A DNA stretch of 42,820 nt from an uncultured bacterium (GTDB lineage Bacteria; Patescibacteriota; Saccharimonadia; CAILAD01; BJGX01). Where the stretch lies: contig CAILAD010000001.1 in assembly GCA_903832035.1 (NCBI GenBank), positions 1 to 42,820 of the forward strand. The letters are read 5' to 3'. Below, one piece after another: positions 17,273 through 25,465 of the stretch. A program made the position numbers and the translations under genes. Under the pieces are notes generated by a model that saw only the letters and a program-made list of their open reading frames with translations, was not told the DNA's origin and did no database searches. Position 1 is the first letter of the stretch. The number at the start of each line of letters is the position of its first letter.

Positions 17273-19726
17273 GTGAAAATAAAGCGACTAGAAATATCTG
17301 GTTTCAAATCATTTGGAAGTCGGAAAATTTTTGAATTCGGGGATGGAATTAGTGCTATAGTCGGTCCGAATGGCTCAGGTAAGAGTAATATAGCTGATGC
17401 CATAAGATGGGTTCTAGGAGAGCAGAAAAATAGGAGGCTTAGAGTATCTAAATCTGAGGATTTAATTTTTCATGGAACAAATAAAATTCCGAAATCAAGC
17501 ATGGCTGAAGTCTCAATACTTTTTGATAACAATAAGGGTATATTCCCCATAAGCTCAGCTGAAGTTGAAATATCAAGAAATCTTTTAAGATCTGGTGAGA
17601 GTGAGTATAAATTAAATGGTAAAAAAATTAGGCTTTTGCAACTCGATGAACTATTAGCTAAAAGTGGTTTTGGCACCGATAGCTACACAGTCGTTGGACA
17701 GGGGTCAATAGATAAGCTTATAACTTCTTCTGGGGCTGACAGAAAAAGATTGTTTGACGAAGCCAGTGGCATAAGACAGTATGATATCCAATACAGAAAT
17801 ACTCAGCAGAAGTTAAATAAGGCACTTCAGAATTCTGATCGGATTAAGGGCCTACTTAAAGAGATTACACCCATTGCTGAAGCGCTCCGCACACAGACAG
17901 CAGGGACAGATAGTCTACCAGCGCTACTAGAAGAGCTGAATCAATTAAGAGTGGGCTATATAACGAGTCAGTCAGAAAAGATAAATAAATTATTGAACGA
18001 CAATTATATTAAGTCTGAGAGCTATAGATCTAGGATATTAGAAATAGAAAAAGCCCTGGATATAATTAGAGAAAACAGCAATCTAGGTAATGTGCAAAAT
18101 AATGAAAATATATCGGAAGACTTAAAGTCCTTAGAGCTTGACAGAGACAACCTGAACCAAAAGGTACTACTTTTAAAGAGCGAGCAGAGTGTACTAGAGG
18201 CTAAGGTGGGGTTAATAACTTCTACGCAGAAAAATAACACCTCGAAAAATGGTTTAAACGAAAGATTGAAAAGAGAACTTTCAGAACTGGTTAAAGTAAA
18301 AAATAAGCATATTCAATTGACGGAGAAAAATGACAAAGAAATTAACGCTATAGAAGAAGTATTACTTGAACTCACAAGGAATTTATCCAGCATGAGAGAT
18401 AAGCTTTCTAGAAATCAAAGAAGTGAATATCTAAATCACGCAAACGGAATAGTGCAAATGATTAGAACTCAGCTCAGACAAAGTAATTCGAAAAAAGATT
18501 TAGATACTAGCCTCAAGAAGCTATCGGACATACTTGAAATTGCACAACAAGAAGACTTTGAAGAAATTGCTTTCAATGTTATAGATATACAAAATAAAAT
18601 TGGACGACACATGTCAAAAAGAGAAGATGTGGTAGATAGGCAAACTCAAGAAGTAATAAGGCTTAGATCGATAGAACTTGATATATCAAGTATTGAGAAG
18701 CGTATATTAGAAATAAATTCTAAAGAAATAGATGAACTTGAAGAGCTAGCTCTACAAAATAAGCAGCTTGATAGATACAATAAGGGCATCCACACACTAC
18801 AGCTGAAGATAGCGGGACTGGACGAAGAGATTAATATTAAAAGAGATGAATTACGCTCGATGGATAATAGTATCAGCGGCGATACTCAGACAAATATTCT
18901 CAAAGATGTTGAGAGACTCGTCACCGATAAGTCAGAAGCGGAATTCCTGCTGGCAAAAAATGAAGAAGAAAGAAAGGGTTTTGAAAAATCCATAGAAGAA
19001 CTAACTTCTAATTCTATTGATTGGTTCGGTGGTAAAAAAATAGACTCAGTTATCAAGGGCAGGGTTGTTGATAAGTCTGAATTGGATATTTTAATCAATA
19101 AAATAGAAGCCCTAAAGAGTATCAATCCGCAACTTATAGAAGAGTCTAAGCAAGCTTCAGAAAGGGTTGAATTCTTAATGCAACAAGAGCATGATCTCGG
19201 CAGTGCTATTCAGGACGCAAGTAAATTATTAGAAAAGCTACAAAGCGATATAGGCTATAAGTTTGATAAGTCATTTGCGAACTTAAACAAATTATTTAGT
19301 AAATATTTTGAAAAATTATTTCCTAACGGTAGAGCAGATATAAGTTTGTCTAGTGATGACAATAATGATTATGGTATAGAAATATATGCCAACCCGGGAG
19401 GTAAAAGGAATAAAAGCATAGATCTTTTATCTGGTGGAGAAAAGGCTATGGCATCAGTCGCATTAATTGCAGCAATTCTATACTGCAATCCAACTCCGTT
19501 TATTGTTCTAGATGAAGTAGATGCCGCTCTCGACGATGAGAATTCAACTAAATTTTGCGATATTCTCAAAGAACTAGCAATAAAAAGCCAGGTAATCATC
19601 ATAACCCACAATCATGAAACCATGCAGGCTGCTTCAAACCTGTATGGTATTACGGCAGGGGCGAAGGGGGATAGTGAGGTGCTACAAATTGCGTTAGAAC
19701 AAGCTAATGAGCTAGTGAAAAGCTAG
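17273..19726 (+). CDS. smc: SMC-family chromosome segregation ATPase, unusually short with no recognisable hinge
   Basis: 817 aa, GTG start. SMC head motifs FKSFG, GPNGSGKSNIADAIRWVLGEQ, QGSIDKLI...FDEASGIRQY, LSGGEKAMASVALIAAI and LDEVDAALD. The middle ~490 aa are heptad-like and charged. Confidence 0.85.
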   Translation: MKIKRLEISGFKSFGSRKIFEFGDGISAIVGPNGSGKSNIADAIRWVLGEQKNRRLRVSKSEDLIFHGTNKIPKSSMAEVSILFDNNKGIFPISSAEVEISRNLLRSGESEYKLNGKKIRLLQLDELLAKSGFGTDSYTVVGQGSIDKLITSSGADRKRLFDEASGIRQYDIQYRNTQQKLNKALQNSDRIKGLLKEITPIAEALRTQTAGTDSLPALLEELNQLRVGYITSQSEKINKLLNDNYIKSESYRSRILEIEKALDIIRENSNLGNVQNNENISEDLKSLELDRDNLNQKVLLLKSEQSVLEAKVGLITSTQKNNTSKNGLNERLKRELSELVKVKNKHIQLTEKNDKEINAIEEVLLELTRNLSSMRDKLSRNQRSEYLNHANGIVQMIRTQLRQSNSKKDLDTSLKKLSDILEIAQQEDFEEIAFNVIDIQNKIGRHMSKREDVVDRQTQEVIRLRSIELDISSIEKRILEINSKEIDELEELALQNKQLDRYNKGIHTLQLKIAGLDEEINIKRDELRSMDNSISGDTQTNILKDVERLVTDKSEAEFLLAKNEEERKGFEKSIEELTSNSIDWFGGKKIDSVIKGRVVDKSELDILINKIEALKSINPQLIEESKQASERVEFLMQQEHDLGSAIQDASKLLEKLQSDIGYKFDKSFANLNKLFSKYFEKLFPNGRADISLSSDDNNDYGIEIYANPGGKRNKSIDLLSGGEKAMASVALIAAILYCNPTPFIVLDEVDAALDDENSTKFCDILKELAIKSQVIIITHNHETMQAASNLYGITAGAKGDSEVLQIALEQANELVKS

Positions 19727-19741
19727 ACGTATCTAAACCTG

Positions 19742-19771
19742 TTGACAAGATGGGTATTTTACAGGTAAAAT
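19742..19771 (+). promoter_or_regulatory. sigma70-type promoter of rpsP
   Basis: TTGACA 19742-19747, 18-nt spacer, TAAAAT 19766-19771. The ~50-nt leader has a small GCGGT/ACCGC hairpin and an AAGGA RBS. Confidence 0.6.
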
Positions 19772-19826
19772 AGGGCATATTAGTTTTGCGGTTTACACCG
19801 CCTTAATTATTTAAAGTAAGGAAAAA

Positions 19827-20297
19827 ATGGTAGTTATTCGACTGGCCCGACATGGGCGACACAAATATCCAACTTATAGAATTGTAGCAGCCGATAAAAG
19901 ACGAGCAGCAACAGGCAAGTTTTTAGCTATTCTAGGGTCATACAATCCACATACCAAAGAAATAAAACTTAACAAAGAAGAAATTTCTAAGTACTTAGAT
20001 AATGGCGCACAGGCTTCAGACCGAGTTCTAAGACTGTTAAATAATGAAAAGATTGAGTTGCCTAAGTGGGCCAAGACTCATGATAGAAACAAGAAGCCTA
20101 AGAGAGCGGAAGAAGAAAAAGAAGAAAATGCCACTGCAGAAGTAGCAAGTGATGCAGCAGAGGCTGCAGAGGTTAAGGCTGAAGAAATTAAAGCCGAAGC
20201 TGGAACTGCTAAGGAAGAAGCAGTTCAAGAGGAAGCTGCTGAATCAACTGAAGAAGTTGCAAAAGCTGTTGAAGAAACCAACAAAGATCAACAATAG
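19827..20297 (+). CDS. rpsP: 30S ribosomal protein S16 with a long acidic Ala/Glu-rich C-terminal extension
   Basis: MVVIRLARHGRHKYPTYRIVAADKRRAATGKFLAILGSYNP, followed by a tail of about 70 aa rich in E/A/K. Confidence 0.95.
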   Translation: MVVIRLARHGRHKYPTYRIVAADKRRAATGKFLAILGSYNPHTKEIKLNKEEISKYLDNGAQASDRVLRLLNNEKIELPKWAKTHDRNKKPKRAEEEKEENATAEVASDAAEAAEVKAEEIKAEAGTAKEEAVQEEAAESTEEVAKAVEETNKDQQ

Positions 20298-20338
20298 AAC
20301 TAGTAGCTCTCAAACAACTACAAAAAATATATATAGAC

Positions 20339-20346
20339 TGTATAAT
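20339..20346 (+). promoter_or_regulatory. extended -10 element TGTATAAT (possible internal promoter for the KH gene and trmD)
   Basis: TG 20339-20340, TATAAT 20341-20346. AAGGAG RBS at 20371-20376 precedes ATG 20386. Confidence 0.4.
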
Positions 20347-20385
20347 AAAATTGTTTAAGTAACATTAACAAAGGAGATTTTCAGT

Positions 20386-20790
20386 ATGTCAGAGTTAGAA
20401 AAAGACCAGGTATTTGTTGAGTATGTTATTAAGGCCTTAGTGGATAAGCCAGAAAAGGTGCAGATAAAACGTACTGTGGACGATAGAGGCGTCTTACTAG
20501 AGCTAACTGTCGACCCAGAAGACATGGGGAAAGTAATTGGCAAGGAGGGGGCAACCGCTAAATCTATCCGCACTCTTCTTCGTGTGCTAGGTGCTAAGGA
20601 TGATGAGCGGTATAATTTGAAGATTACCGAGCCAGAAGGGTCGACTCACGATTCAACTACTAGAGAAGAGAATACAGATTCTAAGGCAGTCGACACATCG
20701 GATAGGATATCAGAAATAGACACTAGTAAGTCTGAAGCCATAAAGGCCAAAGCGCGAGAGGGTATTGAAGACCTTGACACAGATATTTAG
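20386..20790 (+). CDS. KH-domain RNA-binding protein (UPF0109/KhpA-like) with a C-terminal extension
   Basis: VEYVIKALVDKPEKV...DMGKVIGKEGATAKSIRTLL (GxxG KH motif), in the conserved position after rpsP. Confidence 0.85.
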   Translation: MSELEKDQVFVEYVIKALVDKPEKVQIKRTVDDRGVLLELTVDPEDMGKVIGKEGATAKSIRTLLRVLGAKDDERYNLKITEPEGSTHDSTTREENTDSKAVDTSDRISEIDTSKSEAIKAKAREGIEDLDTDI

Positions 20791-20811
20791 AAATCTATTT
20801 GTGAATTAAAT

Positions 20812-21489
20812 ATGAAAAAGATTAGTATTATAACACTATTTACTGGTATGTTTGGGCCTGTCTTAAATACATCTATGCTCAAAAAAGCGCAGCAAGAAGG
20901 TTTAGTAGAATTTAATTTAGTAGATTTAAGGGATTTTGGTATTGGCCCTAGAAAAACTGTTGACGACACCCCTTATGGTGGTGGTGCGGGTATGGTTTTG
21001 CGTTGCGAACCAATATTTGAAGCTGTTGAGAGCATAAAGAAAGAAGATCCAGGGGCGTTAGTTATTATGATGACCCCGCGGGGTAAAAAATATTCCCAGC
21101 ATGTTGCAAGTAAGTTAAGTAGTGGTAAAAATATTATTATTTTGTGTGGCCACTATGAAGGTTTCGATGAGAGAATACTTAGTATTGTGGATCATGAAAT
21201 TTCAATGGGAGACTTCATACTTACTGGAGGAGAAATACCAGCCATGGCTATAGTAGACAGTGTAGTAAGGTTGATTCCTGGTGTTTTGGGAGATGAGCGG
21301 TCTAATAAGGATGAGTCATTCTCTAGGGGGCTGCTTGAATATCCTCACTATACTAGACCCGAAGAGTTTGAGGGAATGAAGGTCCCAGGTGTTTTAAAAA
21401 GTGGAAACCATGCAGAAATAGAAAAGTGGCGAAGGTCTGAATCGGTTAAAAAGACCGAAGACTCCAGGCCAGATTTGATAGGATTTTAA
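20812..21489 (+). CDS. trmD: tRNA (guanine37-N1)-methyltransferase TrmD
   Basis: 225 aa. ISIITLFTGMF..., YGGGAGMV, CGHYEGFDERI and GGEIPAM trefoil-knot motifs. Confidence 0.95.
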   Translation: MKKISIITLFTGMFGPVLNTSMLKKAQQEGLVEFNLVDLRDFGIGPRKTVDDTPYGGGAGMVLRCEPIFEAVESIKKEDPGALVIMMTPRGKKYSQHVASKLSSGKNIIILCGHYEGFDERILSIVDHEISMGDFILTGGEIPAMAIVDSVVRLIPGVLGDERSNKDESFSRGLLEYPHYTRPEEFEGMKVPGVLKSGNHAEIEKWRRSESVKKTEDSRPDLIGF

Positions 21490-21529
21490 CTGGAAGAAAA
21501 GACTCTAAAATGCTAGACTAACTTTATAA

Positions 21530-21604
21530 TGGGACGTGGCCAAGTGGTAAGGCGCCTGATTCTGGCTCAGGAGATCGTAGGTTCGAATCCTACCGTCCCA
21601 GCCA
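21530..21604 (+). tRNA. tRNA-Gln (anticodon CUG), CCA encoded
   Basis: Hand-folded 75-nt cloverleaf. U1:A72 pair, acceptor UGGGACG/CGUCCCA, anticodon loop UUCUGGC (G36 G37), T-loop GGUUCGAAUCC. Its layout parallels the E. coli tRNA-Gln sequence as I recall it. Confidence 0.95.
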
Positions 21605-21611
21605 GCATGCT

Positions 21612-21635
21612 AAGGATTTTTTAAGTCCTTTTTTT
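21612..21635 (+). terminator. weak terminator-like hairpin plus T-run after tRNA-Gln
   Basis: AAGGA 21612-21616 / TCCTT 21626-21630, followed by TTTTT. The stem is only 5 bp. Confidence 0.3.
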
Positions 21636-21736
21636 GTACAAATTTACAGCTATTATGCTATTATATTTAGCATAAGAACTTAAGAGGTATATCGTGACTT
21701 TGAAAAATAAAATAGATAAAAGATATGCAGTCCTTT

Positions 21737-21846
21737 AACTTTTATACTACATATTGAAATTATTATTATCCGTATTTGTCCTATTAAACCTATTGGGACT
21801 CATAAATAAGTATGTCGTTGCACCCCACAGTAAACAATAAAATAAC
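21737..21846 (-). pseudogene. frameshifted fragment duplicating the 3' end of the 186-aa membrane-protein gene (repeat copy A)
   Basis: About 90 percent identical by eye to 22399-22508. In the minus frame it reads LLFTVGCNDILIYESQ*, compared with LFLTVGRNDILIYEASIGLIGQIW... in the intact gene. A 1-nt indel at 21797-21800 breaks the frame. Confidence 0.6.
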
Positions 21847-21900
21847 CTTGTTTAATAAATCAATTTCGGTCATACTTATCTTATTAAATAAAGGAGTTTT

Positions 21901-22308
21901 ATGTTAAATTTTGTAATTACTAATTATTTCGGGATTATTTTGGCCTCGTTCTTTGCGGTTATCGTTGCAGTAGTTTGGCATTCACCACTAGTTTTAGGAA
22001 AAATATGGCAAAAAGAAGCTGGCGTAGAATCTAAAGATATCAAGAGTATCTCAATTAGTAATTATCTAATCGCTCTATCGATGATTCTTTTAACTGCTGT
22101 TGTGCTAAAAAGAGTCTTGGTTATCACTAACCCCCAGACATTATTTGATGCAATCAAGCTTTCTGTATGGATATGGGTTGGCTTTATGGTTACGTATGTT
22201 GTGGTAGGTGGAATTTTTGAGAAAGTTTCAAAAAAACTAATCTTAATAGATTTGGTAGGACAGGTGATAATACTTATCACAATGATTTCAGTATTGTATT
22301 ACTACTAA
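21901..22308 (+). CDS. DUF1761-like small polytopic membrane protein
   Basis: 135 aa with AAGGAG at 21891-21896. VWHSPLVLGKIWQKEAG resembles the DUF1761 WYSPxLFGKxW motif. Paralog of 31706-32113. Confidence 0.7.
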   Translation: MLNFVITNYFGIILASFFAVIVAVVWHSPLVLGKIWQKEAGVESKDIKSISISNYLIALSMILLTAVVLKRVLVITNPQTLFDAIKLSVWIWVGFMVTYVVVGGIFEKVSKKLILIDLVGQVIILITMISVLYYY

Positions 22309-22386
22309 ACCGACGGGCAACCAGGTTATTAGTATTGAGCCAGTTAAATCACTTTTAAAAACCAAATAAATAATTGTGTATTTTGT

Positions 22387-22947
22387 TTACTGTCTGTCAA
22401 TTTTTATACTATATATTGAAATTATTATTATCCATATTTGTCCTATTAAACCTATTGAAGCCTCATAAATAAGTATGTCGTTGCGCCCCACAGTTAAAAA
22501 TAAAAATAGGACTATTATTAAGACTAATGATGTCAAACTAAAATTTATTATCTTAACAGTTTTATCGCTACTTTTAATACCCATATAAAAAATACCTAGA
22601 TAGAAAAATGCAGAAAACATCACTGCCCCTAATGCGTGCAATGGGTAACCCCAGCTAGTCGTATAGGGGGCAAATAGCGCTATCACTAGAAATAATAAAG
22701 ATATATTAAATAATTCAGTAGGAGTTGCTATCTGGTATTTTAAATGAAAGTTAACAAATAAAAAAAAGGTTGCTGAAACTAACATAAATCCCAATATGAA
22801 TAATATATGCGTTTCTTTTATTGCTAGAAAGCTACTAAGGGCAGCACTCAATGATAGCTGGTTCGGTAATTTGGTATAAAGAAATATTAATAATAACCAC
22901 TCCATAGTAACCATATATATACCAAGGTATTTGGAGTGTTTTTTCAT
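22387..22947 (-). CDS. hypothetical polytopic membrane protein (possibly DUF998-like)
   Basis: 186 aa with about 6 hydrophobic helices. The YPLHALGAVMF segment resembles YPSLHNISAYNL in the 373-aa protein. Confidence 0.7.
   Translation of the reverse strand: MKKHSKYLGIYMVTMEWLLLIFLYTKLPNQLSLSAALSSFLAIKETHILFILGFMLVSATFFLFVNFHLKYQIATPTELFNISLLFLVIALFAPYTTSWGYPLHALGAVMFSAFFYLGIFYMGIKSSDKTVKIINFSLTSLVLIIVLFLFLTVGRNDILIYEASIGLIGQIWIIIISIYSIKIDRQ
22399..22508. repeat. direct repeat copy B (inside the 3' end of the 186-aa gene)
   Basis: Aligns with 21737-21846. The two copies bracket a segment of about 550 nt that carries only the DUF1761-like gene. Confidence 0.7.
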
Positions 22948-22959
22948 ATTATGATTGTT

Positions 22960-24219
22960 TTATTTTTTATTTTTTATTGCAATCAATAAAAGGCAGATTA
23001 ATCCAGCTAAGACCGCCAAGGTAATTATGAAGGCTGTATTTTTTATTGGAGCTACAAATATGAAGAATGCTGATATAAGTATACTGGCAGTTATTATTAC
23101 ATCACCGTGTCCACTTAGCCATCTATACACAGGAGTCTTTGCGAGACCCTTTGTGAGTGAACTAATTTCATTCTTCACCCTTAGTGCAGGCACTGATTCG
23201 CCAGTTAAGTAAGCAAATATAGCTACAATAATCATTACAGTTAGGGCTGTCTGTAAGTAGCTCATTAGGTCGTTCGTGATAGTACTATACATAACCTGAG
23301 CGCTAGCTGAGCTTATTGCTGAAATTTGATGGGTTACATTTGATACAAACAGATAATCACCAACACTTATAACAATGATGAGCATTAAAAGTAAGCTAGA
23401 ACTTACATAAGCAATCTTAAGTATCGGCTTTCTTCTGTTCCTTGATTGCCACAACGTAATTAGGACAAGGGCTAGAGCTATAAACGGCAGCCATATTGAT
23501 AAAGAATTTATTGTGTTAGCTATAAATAGAATTAATGGAAGGTTATTTACAGCTGCTATCTCGATTCTAATATTTAAACTAGATACATTTATATTATTCA
23601 CAAATCCTAGACCTGATGATGCTAGTGAACCTTTAATATTATCTAGAACGGGTGCTATATTAAGCATTACTTTATCTTTTTGTATGTAAACAACCTCGCC
23701 CGTAGCAGATTCTTGGGATTTGCTGTTTGCTGTTTTGATTGTCTTTATCAAAGCGCTATGTGCTTGTTTATTTGCATCTTTCCAGAAACCCAAGAACTTA
23801 GACGATCCTAGTAATTTAGTTACTTGGTCCACGGTAAAGGACTTTATTGAGCTACTTATAGGGCTCGCAAGGGGCTTGGCTTTATCAGGCAAAAGATCAC
23901 TTACGTATTGATCAACATTCACAGCTTTAAATATTGCTTGAGTACTTGCTGTCGAAATATCTTGCTGCACCGCATTGTTAGCTACAATAGCGCTGGTTTT
24001 ATTAACCCATGTATTTGTATCGAAAATAGTTTGACGAATCCAGAACGAAATTATGGAAAGACAGAAAATTAAGGCAGTTAAAAAAACCAGTATGGCAGTT
24101 ACGAATGCACTGCCCTTACTCATTTGTTTATCCGAACTTTTAAGTTTGTATTCAAGGTCAGCTATCTTCTTCTCGAGCTCAGCTTTTGATTCTGTTTTAT
24201 TATTTTTTACCATTACCAA
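22960..24219 (-). CDS. hypothetical membrane protein (N-terminal coiled segment, TM, large exposed domain, C-terminal multi-TM region)
   Basis: 419 aa. AELEKKIADLEYKL, then TM AFVTAILVFLTALIFCLSIISFW, a polar domain of about 190 aa, and 4-5 C-terminal helices. Overlaps the upstream gene by 20 nt. Confidence 0.75.
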   Translation of the reverse strand: MVMVKNNKTESKAELEKKIADLEYKLKSSDKQMSKGSAFVTAILVFLTALIFCLSIISFWIRQTIFDTNTWVNKTSAIVANNAVQQDISTASTQAIFKAVNVDQYVSDLLPDKAKPLASPISSSIKSFTVDQVTKLLGSSKFLGFWKDANKQAHSALIKTIKTANSKSQESATGEVVYIQKDKVMLNIAPVLDNIKGSLASSGLGFVNNINVSSLNIRIEIAAVNNLPLILFIANTINSLSIWLPFIALALVLITLWQSRNRRKPILKIAYVSSSLLLMLIIVISVGDYLFVSNVTHQISAISSASAQVMYSTITNDLMSYLQTALTVMIIVAIFAYLTGESVPALRVKNEISSLTKGLAKTPVYRWLSGHGDVIITASILISAFFIFVAPIKNTAFIITLAVLAGLICLLLIAIKNKK

Positions 24220-24763
24220 CTCCTTTATTAGTAGACTTCATTAGTATACTAGATAGTAATAGCATAATTCCTATCACTAGTGCGTAGAGACCTACCAGCC
24301 AAGTAATATTAAGAATTCCGGCTACAGGGAAGAGTATTAAATATAGACCGAATAGTAGAGATATCACGCCTGTAAAAGCAAATAGCCAACCAAATTCAAG
24401 TTTTAACTTCCTAGCCTTACTGGCTAGGATAATATCTAATACCCCAAAAAGTATTGCCCATAACGCTAGCACTACAGCAATAATGCCAGCCGCAAACTCT
24501 GGTTTTATTATGAGATATAGCCCAAAAACTACGCTAAGTACCCCAATAATTATATCCATAATGGAGTGTGGATTGGTTCTATCAAAAAGTGGTTCAAATA
24601 TTGAATAAAGCCCTACACTTATTAAGTTAAGTGCAAAGAATAGAACCACTACATAAACTGTTGCAACCGGCCATACTAGAATTATGATACCCAATAATGC
24701 ATTGGCTATTCCGCGCCAGGCTATAGCACTTCTAGTGGGTGTGTTTACGAACTCAAGATACAT
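24200..24763 (-). CDS. HdeD/DUF308-family membrane protein (paralog 1)
   Basis: 187 aa. Repeated DUF308-like units (RGIANALLGIIILVWPVATVYVVVLFFALNLISVG). Confidence 0.75.
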   Translation of the reverse strand: MYLEFVNTPTRSAIAWRGIANALLGIIILVWPVATVYVVVLFFALNLISVGLYSIFEPLFDRTNPHSIMDIIIGVLSVVFGLYLIIKPEFAAGIIAVVLALWAILFGVLDIILASKARKLKLEFGWLFAFTGVISLLFGLYLILFPVAGILNITWLVGLYALVIGIMLLLSSILMKSTNKGVGNGKK

Positions 24764-24826
24764 TTTTACCTCTTATGTTAATAATATTATTGTAAAGCTA
24801 TCTTGATATATTCGCAAATATATACT

Positions 24827-24852
24827 AAAAAATACACCTAGGTGTATTTTTT
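24827..24852. terminator. bidirectional terminator: perfect 26-nt palindrome
   Basis: AAAAAATACACCTAGGTGTATTTTTT lies between the two DUF308 genes. On the minus strand it follows the stop of 24870-25415. Confidence 0.6.
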
Positions 24853-24869
24853 AGATAATCAAATTTAGA

Positions 24870-25415
24870 TTATTTTTTTGATTTCTTAGGAACGTCCATG
24901 AATAGACTAGCAAGCACATACATAGCACCAGTGACGAATGCGTAAACACCAAGTACCCATATAAAGCTAACTAATGTTACTACCGGATAGAATAGAAGGT
25001 AGATTCCGAAAAGTACGGATATAAGCCCTACAATCACGAAGAGAGTTCTGTAGCCACCCTCAACACCCTTGCTTCCTAGGCCGATCATTAAGTCTGAGAT
25101 ACCAAATAGTAGCGCCCAGAAAGCTACGATCAAACCAAGTAGGTCAGCAGTTAATACTGGGCGACCCAAGAGGTAAAATCCTACTAGTATGCCTAGTATT
25201 CCTAGTAGTACCGTCAATACCGCGTGAGATGTTTTTTCTACCATAGGTCTAAATACCTCTATCGTGCCGACAGCTATAATGTTTATCGCAAAAACTACAA
25301 CTAATATATAAAGTGTTAACCCTGGCCAAGTAATCGCTATTAAACCTAATAATATGTTTGCAATACCCCTTAGAGCTAATGAGCTTTTAGTTGGTTGTGC
25401 TACTACATTTTCCAT
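24870..25415 (-). CDS. HdeD/DUF308-family membrane protein (paralog 2)
   Basis: 181 aa. RGIANILLGLIAITWPGLTLYILVVVFAINIIAVG. AAGGAG RBS on the minus strand. Confidence 0.75.
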   Translation of the reverse strand: MENVVAQPTKSSLALRGIANILLGLIAITWPGLTLYILVVVFAINIIAVGTIEVFRPMVEKTSHAVLTVLLGILGILVGFYLLGRPVLTADLLGLIVAFWALLFGISDLMIGLGSKGVEGGYRTLFVIVGLISVLFGIYLLFYPVVTLVSFIWVLGVYAFVTGAMYVLASLFMDVPKKSKK

Positions 25416-25465
25416 TTTTTTCTCCTTAATTATTTACATAATTAGTATAACCCTTATGTAATAGC

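Noticed and set aside
20149-20358. 69-aa highly basic + strand ORF overlapping the S16 tail in another frame
   Set aside because: It is a by-product of the purine-rich GAA/GCT/AAG repeats that encode the acidic S16 tail. It has no RBS, and it runs through the rpsP stop into the intergenic promoter.
21737-22508. Diversity-generating retroelement (template repeat and variable repeat) as an explanation for the 107-nt repeat at the 3' end of a gene
   Set aside because: The mismatches between the copies are T/C, C/T, G/A and one indel on the coding strand, not adenine-specific substitutions. No reverse transcriptase gene is nearby, and the target is a polytopic membrane protein, not a C-type lectin-fold protein.
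22955-23212. 85-aa + strand ORF, plus 23720-23911, 24053-24244 and 26055-26240
   Set aside because: They are antisense to long minus-strand membrane-protein genes that have coherent TM-helix periodicity, so they are shadow ORFs.
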